A stretch of DNA of 55,366 nucleotides from Rozella allomycis CSF55 (lineage: Eukaryota), in contig KE560765.1 of assembly GCA_000442015.1 (NCBI GenBank), positions 1 through 55,366 of the forward strand, written 5' to 3'. The stretch's first letter is position 1, and each line of letters starts with the position of its first letter. Below are positions 46,623-55,366 of this stretch, in pieces. The notes below the pieces were generated by a model, which worked only from the letters and a program-made list of their open reading frames with translations, ran no database searches and had not been told where the DNA came from. A program made the position numbers and the translations under genes.

Positions 46623-48228
46623 TTAAGCCACGTTTTTGAAGAGTATAGTTTTATTTATAGTTCCTTGAGACGAATCTGAAGACGTAATCGCTGCAGTTGT
46701 TACTGCCCCAAGTCCCGCTCCAACAACGGTTCCACCAATTACACCACCTACAACATGTCGTGTAGAAAACTTTCCTTTGACTTTAGAAGATTCTGTTTGA
46801 ATATCTGTTCCGGTAGTTTGACTTGAGTCCGGAGGCGGCGTTAGATTGATGTCTTGGTGTTGCTGTTGTTGATTATGCCCCAGTGGGGCGTTTTCAGGTT
46901 GCTGTTGATTATTTCCCTGTTGATGTTCAGCTTGCGGATGCTGTTGCTGTTGTTGATTATGCCCCAGTTGGGCGTTTTCAGGTTGCTGTTGTTGATTATG
47001 CCCCAGTTGATGTTCAGCTTGCGGATGTTGAGCTTGTTGTTGATTATGCCCCAGTTGGGCGTTTTCAGGTTGCTGTTGATTATGTCCCTGTTGATGTTCA
47101 GCTTGCGGATGCTGTTGCTGTTGTTGATTATGCCCCAGTTGGGCGTTTTCAGGTTGCTGTTGTTGATTATGCCCCAGTTGATGTTCAGCTTGCGGATGTT
47201 GAGCTTGTTGTTGATTATGCCCCAGTTGGGCGTTTTCAGGTTGCTGTTGATTATGTCCCTGTTGATGTTCAGCTTGCGGATGCTGTTGCTGTTGTTGATT
47301 ATGCCCCAGTTGGGCGTTTTCAGGTTGCTGTTGTTGATTATGCCCCAGTTGATGTTCAGCTTGCGGATGTTGAGCTTGTTGNTTGCTTCGGCTAGATTTA
47401 AATTCATGATCTCATGTTCCAAATCAAACATCACACGGTCCAGGCCAGCCCTTGGATTATGGAACCCATTGGATTGTTGCTCTTGAATAGGAGGAAGTTT
47501 ACGTGGAGCTTTATGTGCTACAGGACGATATAAAGGAACTGATTGTATACTTTCATCATCTGATACCCGCCCTGCTTGGAGTCGATTATCTGGCGCTGAA
47601 GCTAGTGGGCGTATTATTGGATCCGGAGATTGATGGTGCGTTTGAGCTGATGGCGCCGTACTTGGTGGAGGTGAGTACTGGTTATAACTTGTGGAAAATC
47701 TTGGATGATCCGATTCAAATGATGGCACAGGACTTGATGCTCTGGATGTCCCGTAATAAATTGATTGATCCGAGTGAAAAGATGACTCTGGAGTATTTGA
47801 GCGGTAAGACCCATAATAAGATTCTGATTGAACTGACGAATCCGGACTTGATGAACGATGGCCTTGACGCGGAGATGAGTATACATTAAAACCTTTGAAT
47901 GAGCCTTGATTTGCTGGCGCTGAATGGTCACCCTAAAGGCCGATGGATGGCTGTTATCCGGATTTAAAGTAGATTGATGTCCGGTACTGGATTGTTGTCG
48001 TGGAACAGTATTATGAGAACTTGGGGGAGTTGCAATGTAACCACTATCAGAAGCCAAAGAAGAATGGGAAGAAAATCCAGTGCTGAATAATTGTCGCGGA
48101 GCGCCGCCGAGCGACCTTGAAGATTGGGCAGGGCGCGGTACAGGTGCAATCACAGGTGTATTTGCTGGTAGAGGTCTTGTTTGAACAATAACGGAAAAGA
48201 ATAGTGCAAGAAACCTTGACTGATACAT
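46623..48228 (-). CDS. Predicted secreted low-complexity protein with Q/H tandem repeats and a C-terminal glycine-zipper hydrophobic segment; frame breaks near 47935 and at N 47382
   Basis: MYQSRFLALFFSVIVQTRP; S/P-rich middle; repeats; VVGGVIGGTVVGAGLGAVTTAAI. Confidence 0.6.
46858..47381. repeat. Coding tandem repeat: 3 x 171 bp, built from ~40-45 bp subunits
   Basis: GAGCTTGTTG recurs at 47030, 47201 and 47372. Confidence 0.92.
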
Positions 48229-48528
48229 TTTGTAATATGTGACTAAGGGGTAACCTGCCAGACTTTATATTTGTTTATAAATAGACATTAGATTCCAATT
48301 TTGGATTGCTACTTTTAGAATCAACAAAGTATTTATAAACAAACCTTGGTTAAATAAAGTCGATTGTAAGATATACATTTAATGTAATTCACTTGGTGGA
48401 AATCATGTAGTTAAATTTTATTCATTGTATCAAAATTTGTTTCAGAAGACAGTTATTGTTTGTTCCTTAGTTCGAGGAATACTTGAACTTGATGGATCAG
48501 TTTTTGTTACCAAAGTTACCGTTTGGAG

Positions 48529-49533
48529 ATGACCCATCTAAGTGATTATTCCTATGTTGACCGTGGAATTGGTGTTTTAATATTCTTTTTTTGGGCCATG
48601 AACCATGTTTACACTGTCGATCGCTTCTATTGTTTTCATCCCACAAAATTGCGGAAAAGAGATCCAAAAACGCTCTGCACGGTACTCATATTTGCTTCAA
48701 TGATCTTTTTAATAATATATGATATATTAGGAATGTACATCAAGTATTCAATGGGGTTTTGGTATGACGCATCCAAGGAACAATGTGTAACAACACCTAA
48801 AACAAGGTATCCAGCAGCGTTCATCCCCGTATTAATAACTACCGATTTCTTCTTTAACCTTGCATGGGGCACCAAAGGTTCCGCAATGTTTCTTATCCAA
48901 CTTACATGGCATCATGTATCAAAGCAATACGCCGCAAAAACTGACTTTCTTTCAAGCAGAGAAATACAAGTTTTCAAACTGGTTTCTGTGATTTCTATTG
49001 TCATGTATCCCCTGTTGCAATTTGCATTTGTTCCTGGAACTCTATTGTCTACAATAACGCCACAATTTGTTTCAAATGCGCAGCTGCTTGTTGCTTCAGT
49101 TCTGTCGTGGTATACGTCTAAGAGATTTTCAAAGCTTAAAGAAGGTTTGCCTGTTAATTCTCGTGGTAGTCAGAAACTGACTCATTATATTCAAAAGAAT
49201 AGACTGTTAGGTGTGTATTTGTTCATGGAGGGTTTCTTTCTTTTTGTGATAAATTTGGATTACTTTACGACAAAATATACTATGCATAGCAAGTTTTTAT
49301 TGGATCTGCTAACTCGAATTCTTAACTTTGGATTTGTTATGGTGTATCCTACTGCTCTGGAACTACTGTTCCCACTAGATGTGATTCGCGGAGAAGGTGG
49401 TACAATGATTTATACAAAGGCGCAAAATGAATCGATGCTTGGTGGCAAAACAAATGATGATCAATCCACAAAACTGGAAGGAAATAACATCCGTTCTATT
49501 AAAGTTCGAATGATGCCAGAAATTGTTGAATGA
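48529..49533 (+). CDS. Intronless 7TM protein, paralogue A
   Basis: MTHLSDYSY start; about seven hydrophobic segments; colinear with 52302-53285. Confidence 0.8.
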   Translation: MTHLSDYSYVDRGIGVLIFFFWAMNHVYTVDRFYCFHPTKLRKRDPKTLCTVLIFASMIFLIIYDILGMYIKYSMGFWYDASKEQCVTTPKTRYPAAFIPVLITTDFFFNLAWGTKGSAMFLIQLTWHHVSKQYAAKTDFLSSREIQVFKLVSVISIVMYPLLQFAFVPGTLLSTITPQFVSNAQLLVASVLSWYTSKRFSKLKEGLPVNSRGSQKLTHYIQKNRLLGVYLFMEGFFLFVINLDYFTTKYTMHSKFLLDLLTRILNFGFVMVYPTALELLFPLDVIRGEGGTMIYTKAQNESMLGGKTNDDQSTKLEGNNIRSIKVRMMPEIVE

Positions 49534-49573
49534 AATAAAAATGAAAAGAAAAATTAATTTATTAATCTCAAAT

Positions 49574-51303
<1,730 letters not shown>

Positions 51304-51328
51304 GCTTCCCAATGTGAAATTTCGGAAA

Positions 51329-52054
51329 ATGGATACAGTAATATTGCTGAGGGAGGATGATGGTGATATATCCCAATTTGAAGGGATCAGAGTGGTTTGC
51401 ATACCTGCGCTCGAATACATTGATCTGAATACACAATTTGATGTAAATGATGGAGATGTCCTTGTTGTTACTAGTCCACGTGCTGCGATTATCTTGATCA
51501 ATCAATTGAGATTGGGAAAAGTCAAAAGGAAACTCAAGATCTATGCGATGGGGTACAAGACAATAAATATTCTAAAGCAATGTCCAGATAATGTTTTGGC
51601 TGGCGAAGGTACAAAGGATGCCAAGGAATTAGCTGACTTGATAAAGCATTCAGAGGCTCCAAACACTAAAATTAAGTTTTTGTGTGGTAACAATAGAAGA
51701 GATGTATTACCATCAGTGTTGAAATCAGCTGGATTTGAAGTTGATGAAATAGTACTTTACGAAAGCAAGGAACTAACTAATATTAAAGAGAATTGGGATA
51801 TATTTTCAATGCAATCGAATTGGGTGGTTTTCATGAGCCCAATGGGAGTGAAATCCTTTTTTAGAAATGTGGACAAAGAGTGCTTGATTGGCAAAGAAAT
51901 AGCTGCTATCTGGAGTTCAACAAAGGCGGCATTAATTGATCAAGGTTTTGAAAGTAGCTTGATAGGAACTCCTGAAGTGCCTACGATTCTTTCTCTTTTG
52001 GAATGCATTAAAAATAAATCATTAAAGTTTTCATCTTATTCTTTAAATAATTAG
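51329..52054 (+). CDS. HEM4: Uroporphyrinogen-III synthase; an upstream in-frame ATG lies at 51302
   Basis: VILLRE, VVTSPRA, FLCGNNRRDVLP, VFMSPMGV. Confidence 0.85.
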   Translation: MDTVILLREDDGDISQFEGIRVVCIPALEYIDLNTQFDVNDGDVLVVTSPRAAIILINQLRLGKVKRKLKIYAMGYKTINILKQCPDNVLAGEGTKDAKELADLIKHSEAPNTKIKFLCGNNRRDVLPSVLKSAGFEVDEIVLYESKELTNIKENWDIFSMQSNWVVFMSPMGVKSFFRNVDKECLIGKEIAAIWSSTKAALIDQGFESSLIGTPEVPTILSLLECIKNKSLKFSSYSLNN

Positions 52055-52301
52055 ATAGTGTTTCAAAAAAACATTAAGAATTTTTTTAATAGTTAGACTT
52101 CTAAGCTCTAAAGTAAGAGTTTCACCCTCAAGTTCATGGATATGATTATGAATGGATTGCGTAAGGCACCTGTATTTATTTCGCATGAAATTCAATAAAC
52201 GTGATTTAATGCATGTAAATGTTCAATATTTTTAGTAAATCAGGTTGATCAGCAGAAGTACCTTTTGTTCCTGTCGCTAGGTGACACTTGTCAGGCTTTC
52301 G

Positions 52302-53285
52302 ATGACTCATTTGAGCGATTACTCATACATTGACCGAGGCATCGGAATTTTAATCTTCTTCATTTGGGCTATTGATCATATATACACTGTGGACGGTTTA
52401 TCCAGCATGAAACTCAGCAAGATCCGCAAAAAAGATGCCAAAACACTTTGCACTGTGTTAATATTTACTTCCATGTTATTTGTAATGCTTTATGATATGC
52501 TTAGTATATACATTAAATACTCAATGGGAATGTGGTACGATAGCACTATGGACAAATGTGTGACAATGCCCAAAGCAAGATATCCAGATGCATTTCTCAA
52601 ACCACTAGTAATTACAGACTTCTTCTTTAATCTTGCATGGGGTACGAAAGGTTCTGCCATGTTTCTCATCCAACTTACCTGGCATCATGTTTCCAAAACA
52701 TACGCGGGCAAGACTGATTTTCTGTCAAGCAGAGAAATTCAAATTTTCAAATTTGTCTCCGTAATTTCTATAATTTTGTATCCATTACTGCAATTTGTAT
52801 TCATTCCAGGCACAGTGCTATCCACGATAACCCCGCAATTTGTTTCAAACGTCCAGCTGCTGGCAGCAGCCATTCTTTCATGGTACACATCCAAGAGATT
52901 TACAAAGCTTAAACAAACACTTCCTAATAACTCACTCATCGGGCCAAGATTAAATCATTACATTCAAAAGAATAGAGTGTTGGGTGCTTACTTGTTCATG
53001 GAAGGTTTCTTTTTGTTTTTGTTGAATTTGGATTTTATTACAGCGAAATACACCATGCATAGCAAGTTTTTACTGGATCTACTTACAAGAATACTTAATT
53101 TCGGCTCCGTCATGGTATACCCGACGGCTTTGGATCTTTTGTATCCATTAGATGTATTAAAAGGTCAAAATACTAGTATTGAACAGAGTAAAGGACTACC
53201 AACAGGAATGCCCCGAAAAACAATGGATGAATATGGGATGCAATTGAACGATTCTAGATCAATTAAGCGAGAAATAATGATGTAA
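52302..53285 (+). CDS. Intronless 7TM protein, paralogue B
   Basis: Shares long identical blocks with paralogue A, e.g. ITDFFFNLAWGTKGSAMFLIQLTWHHVSK vs TTDFFF... Confidence 0.8.
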   Translation: MTHLSDYSYIDRGIGILIFFIWAIDHIYTVDGLSSMKLSKIRKKDAKTLCTVLIFTSMLFVMLYDMLSIYIKYSMGMWYDSTMDKCVTMPKARYPDAFLKPLVITDFFFNLAWGTKGSAMFLIQLTWHHVSKTYAGKTDFLSSREIQIFKFVSVISIILYPLLQFVFIPGTVLSTITPQFVSNVQLLAAAILSWYTSKRFTKLKQTLPNNSLIGPRLNHYIQKNRVLGAYLFMEGFFLFLLNLDFITAKYTMHSKFLLDLLTRILNFGSVMVYPTALDLLYPLDVLKGQNTSIEQSKGLPTGMPRKTMDEYGMQLNDSRSIKREIMM

Positions 53286-53411
53286 CGAAAATCAGAATAA
53301 AATGTATCGTTCTCCTTTATTTTTGAATGGTAACATCCATGTTTTGATAAAGTAATTATAAATTGAACCTACTTTATCAATCAAACCTCGCCACATGTAA
53401 ATTGAAGGTAC

Positions 53412-54930
53412 ATGACTCCAGAACTGAACCAATTAACATGTCTATTTTTCCTCCTTGTTTCAGTCTATTTCGCAGTAAATCCAAAAAGAATCAACCCATG
53501 GCTTTCAATGTCCATGTCCACCGTCCCGATACTCTGTGTCCTATCTCTTCTCGCCATTGGAGTCACGCCAGTTGAAGTGATAATCAAAGGAATAACCGGC
53601 ACTTCCACTCTGAAGCCATACACAATAGTAATTCTCTTCATCTCCCTATCATACATCTGCATTTCCCTTGACACTACAGGTATNATCATACATCTGCATT
53701 TCCCTTGATACTACAGGTATTTTCAAGCACACAGCGCAACAAATCACCAAACGAGCGGGCGCCAATCCCACACGCCTGTTTACCTATGTATTCATGCTAT
53801 CTTCCGTTTTGACTGTATTCACATCGAATGATATTGTGATCATGACGCTGACTCCTATTATCTGCAGCATGAAGGTGCCGGAGCTGCACAAACCGCTTCT
53901 CATCGGCCAGTTCATGGCGGCGAATACTTTGAGCACTATATTCTATTTTTCGAATCCGACGAATATTATTGTGTCGCAAGCATTTAAAATTGATTTTGTA
54001 GAGTATGCTAGATGGATGACGCTGCCGAGTCTTGGAGCTGCTTTTGTGTTATACGCAGCCATGTATTTCAAGTTTAAGGGGGATTTAAAAGAATGCGTTA
54101 ATATTGCTAGCAGAGATGTTGAAAGTGAGCAAGTGAAGGATTGGAATCACGTGAAATTTGGAGTTATGTGTGTTTGTGTTTGATGGTAGTAGCACCGTGG
54201 ATTTCTATTGAGCTGTGGGCTTGCACCTTGGGCTGTGGAATTCTAATGTTTCTTGGTGATTTGGTGTTTGACTTAGATTGGCTAAAAACAGGTACCAGAG
54301 TCTTGATGGCAGTTTTGCGAATGTAGCCTTGAATGGAGATGAGACTGTTAATGATACGAATTTCCATTGTTTGCAAGTATTGATGAGAATGCCGTGGGNT
54401 TTGCAAGTATTGATGAGAATGCCATGGGCTATTGTTCCGTTTGTTTTTAGTATGTTTATAATGGTTGAAACATTGAACCATGTAGGATTTGTGAATAATT
54501 TGTCGTATGGATTGTCTAAAATGATAGGGGATAGTACAATAAGTGCTATTTTTGTAATGATGGTTAGTAGTACGATTGTTTGTAATGTGATTAATAATCA
54601 GCCAATGACTATACTGTATACGAGTGTATTGATGAATGAGAACTTTGGAGGAGTTATGAGTAATAAGGGATTACGGACGGCGGTTATTTATGGGACGATT
54701 ATGGGTAGTAATTTTGGCGCCAATATAACATTTGTTGGGGCTTTGGCGGGAATAATNATATAACATTTGTTGGGGCTTTGGCGGGAATAATGTGGAAAGA
54801 TATAATAGAGAAATATGATATAAAGGCAATGAATTTGAAAGATTTTGTGAAGAATGGTGGCATGTTTATGTTTGTGGTTATTTGTGCCAGTGGGATGATA
54901 TTAAACATGGAAATAAAACTGAGTGAATAA
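53412..54930 (+). CDS. ArsB/CitMHS (ion-transporter superfamily) permease; frame breaks and N joins
   Basis: YICISLDTTG, TVFTSNDIVIMTLTP, SNPTNII, MPWAIVPFV, NNQPMTI, GSNFGANITFVGALAGIMW. Confidence 0.85.
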
Positions 54931-55005
54931 GCAATAAAATTGTAAAGATTAACTAATAACTATTTATGATTAATAAAATATGAATTTTAGATTTATTTAT
55001 TTCTA

Positions 55006-55366
55006 TTAATCTCTTTTGTTGGGAGTAGAGTGAAAGGCTTGGTTTATGATCATGGAAGATAAATCCAATAGAGGCCCTTGTAAATTTAGTGAATAAATAA
55101 CGTAAGCAGAAGAAGAGATGAAGATGAATAATAAAAGATAGATTGGAGAAGAAAGAATAGACATGAATTCATTCCAACCAAGAATGATTAAGAGAACGAT
55201 GATGTAAGTTGGGATTGATTGAGTAGTTGAAACAACTGATCGTTTAGCTTCAATGAATAAAGCGTCTGCATCTTGAAGAAATAAAGATTTGATGTGATTT
55301 AGTTTAGAGTCGCTTAATAGTTTAATTTCATTTGTGTTGAATTCATCAGATAAACTTTTCTTTAAT
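55006..55366 (-). CDS. SEY1: SEY1/RHD3 GTPase, 3' end only
   Basis: EAKRSVVSTTQSIPTYIIVLLIILGWNEFMSILSSPIY. Confidence 0.88.
   Translation of the reverse strand, partial: LKKSLSDEFNTNEIKLLSDSKLNHIKSLFLQDADALFIEAKRSVVSTTQSIPTYIIVLLIILGWNEFMSILSSPIYLLLFIFISSSAYVIYSLNLQGPLLDLSSMIINQAFHSTPNKRD

Noticed and set aside
46600-46625. Fusion of the repeat protein to the ankyrin gene
   Set aside because: An in-frame TAA at 46623-46625 ends the upstream gene
46854-47486. Plus-strand Leu-rich and Val-rich repeat ORFs, or a CRISPR-like array
   Set aside because: They are shadow frames of the minus-strand coding repeat; no unique spacers and no cas genes

Overview
AT-rich, very gene-dense eukaryotic DNA with about 35 protein genes, 2 tRNA genes and roughly 100 hand-traced introns, nearly all 25-30 nt. 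Gene content and compaction suggest an early-diverging zoosporic fungus such as Rozella/Cryptomycota (inference). Housekeeping genes include GCP5, mevalonate kinase, UGDH, CHMP1/Did2, TMEM184, LAS1, TTI1, TMEM41, PMI, prefoldin 2, citrate synthase, eL8, V-ATPase A, UCH37, a UBX protein, REX1, SNF1/AMPK, UROS and SEY1. Accessory genes include a bacterial-type AAA+PD-(D/E)XK protein, a signal-peptide AIG1 GTPase, a signal-peptide truncated HECT protein, a Q/H repeat protein and three intronless 7TM genes. The strongest signal is the splicing system. The tiny introns have a relaxed acceptor: about a third end in AAG, three in GAG, and three apparently in non-AG TG or CG, each needed to restore conserved protein motifs. 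A 55-nt U12-type intron with AT-AA ends sits in CHMP1. Other notable items: homologues of CatSper-theta/TMEM249 and Skd3/CLPB, a tRNA-Gln with a Glu-like acceptor end, an in-frame TAG in prefoldin 2, and strong G/C-skew switches inside genes. All gene models are manual. Family assignments come from remembered motifs, not database searches. The assembly has single-N joins, so single-base anomalies need read-level confirmation.
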